Source: Alphaproteobacteria bacterium (GTDB taxonomy: Bacteria; Pseudomonadota; Alphaproteobacteria; CAAHEQ01; UBA3637). From it: 64,000 bases of DNA. Under the pieces are notes generated by a model. That model was given only the letters and a program-made list of their open reading frames with translations, was not told the origin of the DNA and did not search any database. Positions 38,990 through 46,733 of this stretch are shown here, in pieces. A program made the position numbers and the translations under genes. Where the stretch lies: contig JAFTSJ010000006.1 of assembly GCA_017467335.1 (NCBI GenBank), positions 9,847 to 73,846 of the forward strand. Reading direction: 5' to 3'. Numbering within the stretch: the first letter of the stretch is position 1; each line of letters opens with the position of its first letter.

Positions 38990-40075
38990 TTATTGATAGC
39001 AACGGATTCCGTGTGCACGACCTTGGAGTAGCTTTTTGATATGATTTGAAGCCAACTTTTGCGTTCTTGTATAGGTTCTAAGTGCCATACGTCTTTTCTT
39101 CCGATAAATCAAGTCTTTTTTAATCTCGGAAATAACTCGTTGAGTTAATCTTTTTAAAATTTCTTCTGTTTTTGGCGTGAGTGCTTCACTCTCACGCATT
39201 TCTCTTAACATCTGATACAAAGAAAAAATCATTTTTCTTTTTTCCTTGGATGATAAATTTGATACATTGAAAGCTACTCTTTTACAAACCGGCTCTATCA
39301 ACGTTCTAGCCAAAAATTTAAATTTCCTTTTCTTATAAGGTTCTTTTGAATATTGTTCTGTCAAATCACTCAATAAAGTGTGATAACTTTTCAAATGTTT
39401 TTCGGTAAACTTTTGATTCGTTGTTGATGCCTCATTCATACGATATTTGTAAAATGGAATAGGTAATAATGTTGATAACACATTATCTTTTAAAATCGTC
39501 AATAACAACTGTGTGTCTTCATAGTACATACCCGGTTTAAAGCGAAGTTCTTTAAATATACTTCTATGGAACAACATTGTTGTTACAACACGAGAAATTC
39601 TGGGTTTGGCATCCTGTGCTGTATATGCCATCAAATCAGCACGAACCAAACTCGGTAATTTTTTGATGTCGTATGTTTCAAATTTTCTATCTTTAAAATC
39701 ACCTGGTTTTTCCTCTTTTTCATAAAGAAAGGCTGTTATTGGTGTTTTGTTTTTCAAAGCATGATGATGAACAGCTTCAAGAGTTTGAGGATGAATAAAA
39801 TCATCAGAATCTAAAAAGAAAATATATTTTCCCTTGGCAAGATCTAATCCCTTATTTCTTGCAGCTGATTGCCCTTGGTTTTCTTGAGAAAAAACTTTTA
39901 TTCTCTTGTCAATTTTTGCATAGGTATTTAAAATATCCAATGAGGCATCTTGTGAACCATCATTCACACAAATAACCTCTAGGTTTTTATGTGTTTGATC
40001 TAATACGCTATCCAAGCACTCTGTTAAAAAATCTTCTGCATTATAAACAGGAATAATTACTGAAATTTTTGCCAT
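38990..40075 (-). CDS. family-2 glycosyltransferase
   Basis: ISVIIPVYNAEDFLTECLDSVLDQTHKNLEVICVNDGSQD…FLDSDDF. Confidence 0.8.
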   Translation of the reverse strand: MAKISVIIPVYNAEDFLTECLDSVLDQTHKNLEVICVNDGSQDASLDILNTYAKIDKRIKVFSQENQGQSAARNKGLDLAKGKYIFFLDSDDFIHPQTLEAVHHHALKNKTPITAFLYEKEEKPGDFKDRKFETYDIKKLPSLVRADLMAYTAQDAKPRISRVVTTMLFHRSIFKELRFKPGMYYEDTQLLLTILKDNVLSTLLPIPFYKYRMNEASTTNQKFTEKHLKSYHTLLSDLTEQYSKEPYKKRKFKFLARTLIEPVCKRVAFNVSNLSSKEKRKMIFSLYQMLREMRESEALTPKTEEILKRLTQRVISEIKKDLIYRKKRRMALRTYTRTQKLASNHIKKLLQGRAHGIRCYQ

Positions 40076-40230
40076 ACCGAACTCCTTTAAACGTCACTAT
40101 AATAAAATACACAACAAAAAAATATTTGTCAATATTTTTTTATTATTTTTCCTAAATAAAATAAAAATTAAGAATTTAAATCAATTATCAGCCCAAAAAT
40201 ACATCGCTAAATATTTGAAAAATAATAAAA

Positions 40231-40295
40231 ACCAACCTCAAAACATAGAGTTGTCGTTTTGGTACTGCGTCCTTAACAAATACCGAATCAATTAT
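40231..40295. repeat. intergenic repeat family R, copy R1 (partial)
   Basis: …gttgtcgTTTTGGTACtgcgtccTTAACaAATACCGAatCAATtAT… matches the core of R2 and R3. It is preceded by CCAACCTC, the reverse complement of the R2/R4 end GAGGTTGG. Confidence 0.6.
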
Positions 40296-40375
40296 ATATT
40301 CAAAGTTAATAATATTTAACTTTATTTCTTGCAACGATATATTTTTAATGATATTTTGATTTTAGGAGAAAAAAC

Positions 40376-40774
40376 ATGAATTATACAATAAAAATTGGCA
40401 ACGATATTAACACAAAGGATATAGATGATTTTTATCCGTTAATTGATTTTAATATATATAAATCAAAAGACTGGGAAAAAATCCGTCAAAGGTCAACTTT
40501 TATTGTTCAAATACAAGATAAAGGGAAAACCATCGGATGGGGACGATGCGTAGATGATGGCACATTTTGCATGATTTATGATATGGCAGTTCATCCCAAT
40601 TACCAAAGACAAGGCATTGGCAAAACAATCATGGATGAAATTAAAAAATACGTCGCACAAAATGATTTTTATTCAGTTAGTTTGTTCTATAATCCATATA
40701 ATCCAACGGTAAAAGAATTTTATCAAAAGTGTGGTTTTTATGAATTACCAATTGCCATGAGATTAAAAAAATAA
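40376..40774 (+). CDS. GNAT-family N-acetyltransferase
   Basis: Acetyl-CoA motif A: VHPNYQRQGIGKTIMDEI. 132 aa. Confidence 0.8.
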   Translation: MNYTIKIGNDINTKDIDDFYPLIDFNIYKSKDWEKIRQRSTFIVQIQDKGKTIGWGRCVDDGTFCMIYDMAVHPNYQRQGIGKTIMDEIKKYVAQNDFYSVSLFYNPYNPTVKEFYQKCGFYELPIAMRLKK

Positions 40775-40828
40775 TCCTCCTAAAAAATAAAGGAAAATCA
40801 GTAATTTTGATTTTTTGCACTACAAATC

Positions 40829-40853
40829 TTTCGAATACCGAACCAATAATCTC
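40829..40853. repeat. repeat family R, copy R5 (short core fragment)
   Basis: tTCGAATACCGAaCCAATAATctc. Confidence 0.45.
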
Positions 40854-41162
40854 AAAAAAAATGGTCTTTATGGCGTATTGTCATAGCAAAATCAATATAT
40901 AATTTTTTAACTTAAATCGGATAAATAATAGATTGTTTCATAAGAATATTCATCCCAGAAGTTCGATAAATGAGAAAAATGAGCCCTTTTAGAAAAGGCA
41001 ATTATCGAAGCGGCACAAACGCTTGAAATACAATTAAAAAACAAAGTGTTTTTTAATAATGTTACCATTTTTTGTATTTTACATAAACAGGAATCTACTC
41101 TTGACAATTATCCAAATAATCGCTCAAATCATCCGTTTGTCACAAAGTCTTCTTAAATTCAT

Positions 41163-41546
41163 TTACATTCTAAAAGGTTTACATCTTTTAGGAATATACC
41201 AAATATTTTCATCAAGTTTTTCACAATTATCCAATGAAAAATCAACATCACAATATCCACCCTCTATTTTTTCGGGCAGATCATTATTTAAACAAATTTC
41301 ATGCCACATTTCATCAGATATTTCTTTTGTTTTTTTATAAGAATCAGTTTGGGCTTTCGTCATACGAATACATCCATTTATTTTACTGATTGTTAAACAA
41401 TCACTGCGGCATCTTTTATTCTTTTCATCCCATACTTGCCCCAAATCATAGCATGAAGAAACAACAAAATACTCATACCCACATCTAAAAAGTGCACATA
41501 ATAATAAAATTAACACCACAAAGAAATATTTATTTTTTTTCATCAC
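41163..41546 (-). CDS. small secreted cysteine-rich protein (127 aa)
   Basis: Signal/TM N-terminus and 10 Cys. ATGA overlap with the upstream SAA-like gene. No motif recognised. Confidence 0.5.
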   Translation of the reverse strand: MMKKNKYFFVVLILLLCALFRCGYEYFVVSSCYDLGQVWDEKNKRCRSDCLTISKINGCIRMTKAQTDSYKKTKEISDEMWHEICLNNDLPEKIEGGYCDVDFSLDNCEKLDENIWYIPKRCKPFRM

Positions 41547-42226
41547 ATACCCCTTTTTAGATTACCAATATTTTTAGGGAATTTATTTAAATCTTTTGGT
41601 CTATAATCAGCACAGGCATCTTTTGCATTTTTATATGCACCGGATAATCCTTTTAAGATACCAACTTCATTAACTTTTTTATCATGCATTTTATCTTTTA
41701 AAGCTTCTTCTTTTGATAAGCCTTTATTCCATATATTACGATAAAAGTCAATATCTTCTTTTATATCTCCCAATAATTTTGCTGTTTTAGCTCCGTATAA
41801 CCCCCTATCAGACGCATTGTAATTTGCTTTACAATGATGATAATCATCTAACCCAATATAATTATGTTCTTTCATTTTAAAATATTCACTCCCCATATCC
41901 ATAATAGCTCCAAAAATTTGAGATATTGGATTTGATGTATTTGTTTTTTTTAAATCCTTAATATTTTTAGAGATATTTGAATTTCCAAAACCATAGTTAT
42001 TCTCTGACGATCTTCCCCAAAAATTGGTGCCATACTGCGTATAAGAATCATTTAAACCTATTGAATCTTCTTGCGCCATTAATTCATTTTCTTTTTCATC
42101 TCTTGCAAATTGATATTCAAGTTCGTCTCTTGTTGAAAAACCTGAATGATCGACACCGTATGAATCAATTTGATTTTGAAACATTTGATACCCTAACGGA
42201 GATTTTAATTTTTTGTAAAGTGGCAT
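41543..42226 (-). CDS. serum-amyloid-A (SAA)-like domain protein
   Basis: …EHNYIGLDDYHHCKANYNASDRGLYGAKTAKLLGDIKEDIDFYRNIW… aligns with vertebrate SAA …[44 protein letters not shown]… (recalled sequence). Later …VNEVG…YRP… aligns with …ANEWG…FRP…. Confidence 0.65.
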   Translation of the reverse strand: MPLYKKLKSPLGYQMFQNQIDSYGVDHSGFSTRDELEYQFARDEKENELMAQEDSIGLNDSYTQYGTNFWGRSSENNYGFGNSNISKNIKDLKKTNTSNPISQIFGAIMDMGSEYFKMKEHNYIGLDDYHHCKANYNASDRGLYGAKTAKLLGDIKEDIDFYRNIWNKGLSKEEALKDKMHDKKVNEVGILKGLSGAYKNAKDACADYRPKDLNKFPKNIGNLKRGM

Positions 42227-42351
42227 TGGTTATCCTTTCAGTTAAATTTCATTACATATAAAAAATATAACAAATTTTTCTTTCACATAACATCAGCCAT
42301 AACAGGCAAAAAAAAGCTTTTACTAGCAAAAGCTTTTTATTTTTTTTAATT

Positions 42352-42528
42352 ACAAATAAAAAAACAACTCCCGAAATGGGAGTTGTATGTTTTGGGACAG
42401 CACGCTTAGCGAATGCCGAGCCAATTATTACAAAGAAATTGATAATTTGTATCGTTTAATTGAAAGCCTTTCCTTTCAATCACAACTTGAACAAGTCATC
42501 TAAACCTGCCCTTAGGGCTGGAGGTTGG
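42352..42528. repeat. repeat family R, copy R2 (full length, about 177 bp)
   Basis: Hairpin aaCAACTCCCgaaatGGGAGTTGt, then the core TTTTGGgACAGCaCGCTTAgCGAATgCCGAGCCAATtAT, then a 100 bp extension shared with R4 containing ATTGAAAGcctttcCTTTCAAT and AACCTGCCCttaGGGCtGGAGGTT hairpins. Confidence 0.85.
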
Positions 42529-42598
42529 TTTTAACTTTTTTGATTGCTTTACATTAACGATTATGATATATTTTTTTATATTGATCAACGAGGAATTT

Positions 42599-43783
42599 AT
42601 GATACGCAGAAACATCCTATTATTTAAAATAACACAATTTTTTGGTGGATTGTGGTTTTTGGCGCCATTGGCTATTGTTTATTTTGAAACAATAACACAA
42701 TCATATGCTGTGGCCATGTCTGTTTTTGCCGTTTCATCACTTTCTACTACATTTATGGAAATTCCCGCCGGTTTATTTTCTGACAAAATAGGTCGGCGAA
42801 AAACATTATTATTTTCTCCATTACTTATTTGTTTGGCTTTTTTATTATGGGCATTGGCAGGAAATTTTCACTGTTCGTCTTTATTATTCATCGGGGCTTT
42901 TTTATACGGAACCGCCGATGCTGTTAGGTCTGGCACAGATGAAGCTTTAATCTATGAAACAATGGAAGAATTGGGCGAACAAGAAAATTTTAAAATCCAA
43001 TATGCAAAAAGTCGTGGTTGGGGACAAACAGGTGCAACTGTTAGTGCTATTCTTGCAGCTTTAATTTCATACTACTTCTCACTACAAATATTAGCTTGGA
43101 CATCCATTATTCCGTTTATTGCACAATTAATCGCTGTATGGCTTTATATTGAACCAAAACGCTCACAAAAACCTAAAAAAGCAAATTCTTGGATCAATTT
43201 TCAACTGGCTTTCAAGAAATTATGGCAAAATCGGAAATTACGTTTTTATACAAGTATTGAAATGATTGATACTGCTTTTGGAACTGCTACCTTTCGCTTT
43301 GAAGGTGCATATTATCAAACATTGATAACACAATGGGGCGTAAATATCGTCCGTTTTTCAAAACATATTTTAGGAATAATCGGCTTTTTTATTGTTCCAT
43401 ATTTTCGTAAAATTAATATCGTTAAACTGTTTTTTGGTTCAATGATTGGAAACGCTTTTGTCAGATTGATTGGAGTAATTTTAAACAACACCTTTGCCCC
43501 TTTTATTATGGCAACCGTCAGTTTATTTTATGGTACAGAAAGAACAAGTTGTGCCAATATCATGCAAAATGAATTTTCACCCGAACAACGTGCAACAATG
43601 AAATCCATTATTTCATGCCTATCCAGTATTTTTGCAGCATTTGTACTTATCTTAATGGGATGGATTGCTGATATTTATGGTGCCAGAACAGCTATTTTAA
43701 TAGCAATTTTAGTAAAGATTGCTGTCATTATCTGCTCTCTCATTATTTTAAATAAAAAAAAGTTCGATAAATTGGAAAATTAA
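42599..43783 (+). CDS. MFS transporter
   Basis: About 12 TM helices. MFS loop motif GLFSDKIGRRKT between TM2 and TM3. Start moved to the ATG after GAGGA. Confidence 0.75.
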   Translation: MIRRNILLFKITQFFGGLWFLAPLAIVYFETITQSYAVAMSVFAVSSLSTTFMEIPAGLFSDKIGRRKTLLFSPLLICLAFLLWALAGNFHCSSLLFIGAFLYGTADAVRSGTDEALIYETMEELGEQENFKIQYAKSRGWGQTGATVSAILAALISYYFSLQILAWTSIIPFIAQLIAVWLYIEPKRSQKPKKANSWINFQLAFKKLWQNRKLRFYTSIEMIDTAFGTATFRFEGAYYQTLITQWGVNIVRFSKHILGIIGFFIVPYFRKINIVKLFFGSMIGNAFVRLIGVILNNTFAPFIMATVSLFYGTERTSCANIMQNEFSPEQRATMKSIISCLSSIFAAFVLILMGWIADIYGARTAILIAILVKIAVIICSLIILNKKKFDKLEN

Positions 43784-43830
43784 ACCCATCAAAATCGAGC
43801 TATTATCGAACCAGCATAAATGTTTGAAAT

Positions 43831-43911
43831 ACAAATAAAAAACAACTCCCGAAGTGGAAGCTGTATGTTTTGGTACAGCGTGCTTAACGAATACCGAGCC
43901 AATAATACAAA
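43831..43911. repeat. repeat family R, copy R3 (hairpin + core, no extension)
   Basis: acaaataaaaaaCAACTCCCgaagtGGaAGcTGtatgTTTTGGTACAGCGTGCTTAACGAATACCGAGCCAATAAT. Confidence 0.8.
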
Positions 43912-44004
43912 TGAATTAATAAAAGATATAATACAAATTAAAAATTTCTATTTAAAATAAATATTTATATTGATTTTTCATTTAATTTATGCATAATGAT
44001 ACAT

Positions 44005-44160
44005 TAGAGGCTATGATTCTGCGACACAGAGGAGCCAAAGGAAGAAAGAGCCAAAAGCTTGATTAGAACCTTTCGGGAAAGCCCGTAACAGCTTTAAATA
44101 GACAAAAGTAAGGTTGGCACCACGAACGAAATTCGTCCTTACATAAACCAAAAAAATAAA
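44005..44160 (+). promoter_or_regulatory. T-box-like leader upstream of aspS (candidate tRNA-sensing riboswitch); putative promoter at 43970-43997
   Basis: 44108-44142 reads GUAAGG-UUGGCACC-ACGAA-cgaaa-UUCGU-CCUUAC. That is an antiterminator-type fold with a UGGNACC bulge, matching the T-box consensus …GGGUGGNACCGCG…. N=C would pair with a G73 discriminator (Asp/Asn tRNAs). A GAC-A triplet lies at 44101-44104. I could not convincingly fold Stem I, and there is no U-tract terminator. Confidence 0.45.
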
Positions 44161-44169
44161 GGTGTAAAA

Positions 44170-45468
44170 ATGTTACAAAGAACATATATTAAAAATCTAA
44201 AAAAACATATTGGTGAAGAAGTTCTTATTAAGGGCAGCATTTATGCATTGCGTGCTCAAAGTAGTGTTTCATTCATCGTTTTAAGAGATATCACCGGTAC
44301 TGCTCAAGTTGTTATTGTAAAAAATTCAACACCGGATATCTTTAATTTAGTTAAATCATTGTCTTTAGAAACAGCAATTTCCGTTCAAGGTATTGTAAAG
44401 GCTGAAGACAAAGCGCCAAATCATGTCGAGATAGAAGCTTCCTCTATTTCAGTTATCTCCCCATCATTACCGGAATTGCCAATTCCTGTTTATGAAAAAG
44501 GATCTGAAACAACGTCAAATTTAAGGCATCAATACAGATTTTTAGATATCAGGAAACCCAAGAATGCTTTAATTATGAAATTATCCGGAGCATTTGATAG
44601 GTATTATCGTGAATTTTTAACACAGCAAGGTTTTATAGAAATTCACACACCGAAATTAATGCCTACTCCAAGCGAAAGCTCTTCAGATTTGTTTGAAGTC
44701 AATTATTTTGATAGAAAAGCTTATTTGGCTCAATCTCCTCAACTATATAAACAAATGGCTATTGCTGGTGGTTTAGAAAAGGTTTTTGAAGTCGGCCCCA
44801 TTTTCCGTGCCGAAAAATCCTTTACAACCAGACATGCAACCGAATGTACCTGTTATGACGTTGAAATGGCCTACATTAAGGACCATGAAGATATTATAAA
44901 GCTTGAAGAAAATATGATTGCATTCATTTTGACAAAAATGAAAGAAGAATATGGTGATGAAGTCAAACAATTATATGGTATTGACATTAAAGTACCAGAA
45001 ACACCATTCCCTCGCATTACAATGAAAGAAGCCAAGCAATTATTAGGAAGCTTTGATGATGGTTCTGACTTATCTTCCGAAGAAGAAAAAGCTTTGGGGG
45101 ATCATTTTGCAGCCAAAGGACATGATTTTGTTTTCTTAACAGATTTCCCCATTACGGCTCGCCCTTTTTATCATAAATATTATGAAGACAAGCCTTGTAC
45201 AAAATCTGCTGATTTAATCTACAAGGGAGTGGAAATTACAACCTTGGCTCAACGAGAAGAACGACCAGATGTTTTAGTAAAACAATTGATTGCAAAAGGA
45301 CTTGGAACAACTGATATTCAATGGTATTTAGACTTCTTTAAATATGGCGTTCCACCACATGGCGGTTGGGGGCTTGGTGGCTCTCGATTCTTAAAACAAA
45401 TGTTAAATTTAGAATCAATCCGTGATACGATGTTCTTATTCAGAGGGGTCAACCATCTTAACCCATAG
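44170..45468 (+). CDS. aspS: aspartyl-tRNA synthetase, short archaeal/eukaryal-type (type 2, no GAD insertion)
   Basis: 432 aa class IIb enzyme: an N-terminal OB fold, AQSPQLYKQ (the AspRS-type QSPQxxKQ), motif 2 FEVGPIFRAE, and motif 3 GGWGLGGSRF…FRG. Bacterial-type AspRS is about 590 aa. Confidence 0.75.
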   Translation: MLQRTYIKNLKKHIGEEVLIKGSIYALRAQSSVSFIVLRDITGTAQVVIVKNSTPDIFNLVKSLSLETAISVQGIVKAEDKAPNHVEIEASSISVISPSLPELPIPVYEKGSETTSNLRHQYRFLDIRKPKNALIMKLSGAFDRYYREFLTQQGFIEIHTPKLMPTPSESSSDLFEVNYFDRKAYLAQSPQLYKQMAIAGGLEKVFEVGPIFRAEKSFTTRHATECTCYDVEMAYIKDHEDIIKLEENMIAFILTKMKEEYGDEVKQLYGIDIKVPETPFPRITMKEAKQLLGSFDDGSDLSSEEEKALGDHFAAKGHDFVFLTDFPITARPFYHKYYEDKPCTKSADLIYKGVEITTLAQREERPDVLVKQLIAKGLGTTDIQWYLDFFKYGVPPHGGWGLGGSRFLKQMLNLESIRDTMFLFRGVNHLNP

Positions 45469-45492
45469 TGGAAAAATAATTGATTTTAAAGG

Positions 45493-45536
45493 TGGATGTC
45501 GCGATTTCAAACTTTTGAATACGGCATCCATTTTTT
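45493..45536 (+). terminator. rho-independent terminator of aspS
   Basis: TGGATGtcgcgaTTTCAAActTTTGAAtacggCATCCA followed by a T6 run. Confidence 0.65.
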
Positions 45537-45557
45537 AGATATACTTAACTCTACACA

Positions 45558-45671
45558 CTCCGAGCCAATAATATCAAAGAAATTGATAATTTGTATCGTT
45601 TAATTGAAAGCCTTTCCTTTCAATTACAACTTGAGCAAGTCAGCTAAACCTGCCCTAAGGGCCGGAGGTTG
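45558..45671. repeat. repeat family R, copy R4 (core 3' end + extension); direct repeat of 42416-42528
   Basis: About 113 bp with roughly 10 mismatches by eye to R2 (CCGAGCCAATAAT…AAAGAAATTGATAATTTGTATCGTTTAATTGAAAGCCTTTCCTTTCAAT…GGAGGTTG). Confidence 0.85.
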
Positions 45672-45842
45672 AATCGGATGAGAATTCAACCTTTACCTAT
45701 AAGGGGATAAAAGTTGGATGTAAATTTTATTTTGATTTTAAATCCAGTTCAAGTTGCGGCTTTTGTCTTAAAAATTTTCTTTTACATTGGCTACAATAAG
45801 GTAATCCTATCTTGCTATTGTATTAAAGAATTAGAGGCGGAT

Positions 45843-46454
45843 ATTGGCTACATCAGAGTTTCAACAGATAAACAAACATGTGAACATCAAAAATATGAAA
45901 TTAAACAATTCGCAAAAGCTCAAAAAGTCAAAATTACGCATTGGATTGAAGAAACTATTTCATCCGGAAAATCTTTAGATAAAAGAAAATTAGGAAAATT
46001 ACTTCAAAGTATGAAAGCCGGAGATATCCTGATTTCTTGTGAAATATCTCGTTTGGGGCGTTCCATGTTAGAGGTTATGCGTATATTGGAGACTTGTTTA
46101 AACAAAGAATGTCAGGTCTGGACGATAAAAGAAAATTTTAGACTAGGTGCAGATATTCAATCAAAAGTAATGGCGTTTGCGTTTGGTATATCAGCCGAAA
46201 TTGAACGCAGTTTAATATCACAACGGACAAAATCATCTTTGGCAAACATAAAAGCCAGCGGTAAAAGATTGGGGCGTCCATTCGCGGCAACAAGTAAAAA
46301 ATTAAAACTGTCAAAGAACTCAAAACGAGTCAAAGATTTATTGGATAAAGGCGTTTCAAAAGCTCAAATTGCTAAAGTTATGGGTGTTGGACGCACAACG
46401 CTTCGGCGTTTTATCTCGTCAAGGATGGACTTAAAATGTATTCACTCTCTTTAA
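45843..46454 (+). CDS. small serine recombinase (resolvase/invertase family)
   Basis: Catalytic N-terminus IGYIRVSTDKQ…, …ISRLGRS…, and a C-terminal HTH (GVSKAQIAKVMGVGRTTLRRFI). No ATG/GTG/TTG lies at the expected position. Coordinates assume an ATT start 5 nt after GAGGCGG. The only canonical in-frame start is TTG at 45714, which would add an implausible 43 aa extension. Confidence 0.7.
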   Translation: MGYIRVSTDKQTCEHQKYEIKQFAKAQKVKITHWIEETISSGKSLDKRKLGKLLQSMKAGDILISCEISRLGRSMLEVMRILETCLNKECQVWTIKENFRLGADIQSKVMAFAFGISAEIERSLISQRTKSSLANIKASGKRLGRPFAATSKKLKLSKNSKRVKDLLDKGVSKAQIAKVMGVGRTTLRRFISSRMDLKCIHSL

Positions 46455-46733
46455 CTTCTTGCCCTAAGAAGTGTTTATAGATTTATCCAAAGAATGGGAA
46501 GAAAACAAAATTGTTAATGTAATTTCCTAAAAGTTAAAGTTAACTATGCTGTCACTATGGAAAATTAGCCTGTTTTTTATCGGGGTGACAAAAAGTTTGT
46601 GTACATTCTATCCTAAACAAATTATAATATAAAAAAGTGTGATGCAAGTGTGATTCATTTATATATAAACGACAGGAAATAAAATGTTAAAAAGCTTAAA
46701 AATCAATACTTCTAATGAAAAATGGAACGAGCC

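Noticed and set aside
40907-41107. Minus-strand 66 aa ORF, and a plus-strand stretch (…agttcgataaatgag…) resembling the recombinase-like remnant at 51280-51295.
   Set aside because: The shared string is only about 15 nt (…SSINE…). The surrounding frames are broken and show no further similarity, so this is too weak to call a second remnant.
42308-42340. Palindromic hairpin AAAAGCTTTTactagcAAAAGCTTTT as a terminator.
   Set aside because: There is no gene whose 3' end it would serve, because it lies upstream of the minus-strand SAA-like operon and before R2. It may belong to the repeat region, so it was left uncalled.
43868-43905. R core as a tRNA pseudogene (ends …GTACCA on the minus strand, with a T-loop-like TTCG).
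   Set aside because: No T-stem or acceptor stem can be paired, and no D or anticodon arm is present. At most it is a degenerate tRNA 3'-end-like att remnant.
40231-45671. CRISPR array or classical integron as an explanation for the R repeats.
   Set aside because: Repeat spacing is on the kilobase scale and encloses full genes. The repeats are 25-177 bp and heterogeneous. No cas genes and no tyrosine IntI integrase are present. The cassette-like idea is kept only as a labelled hypothesis in the findings.
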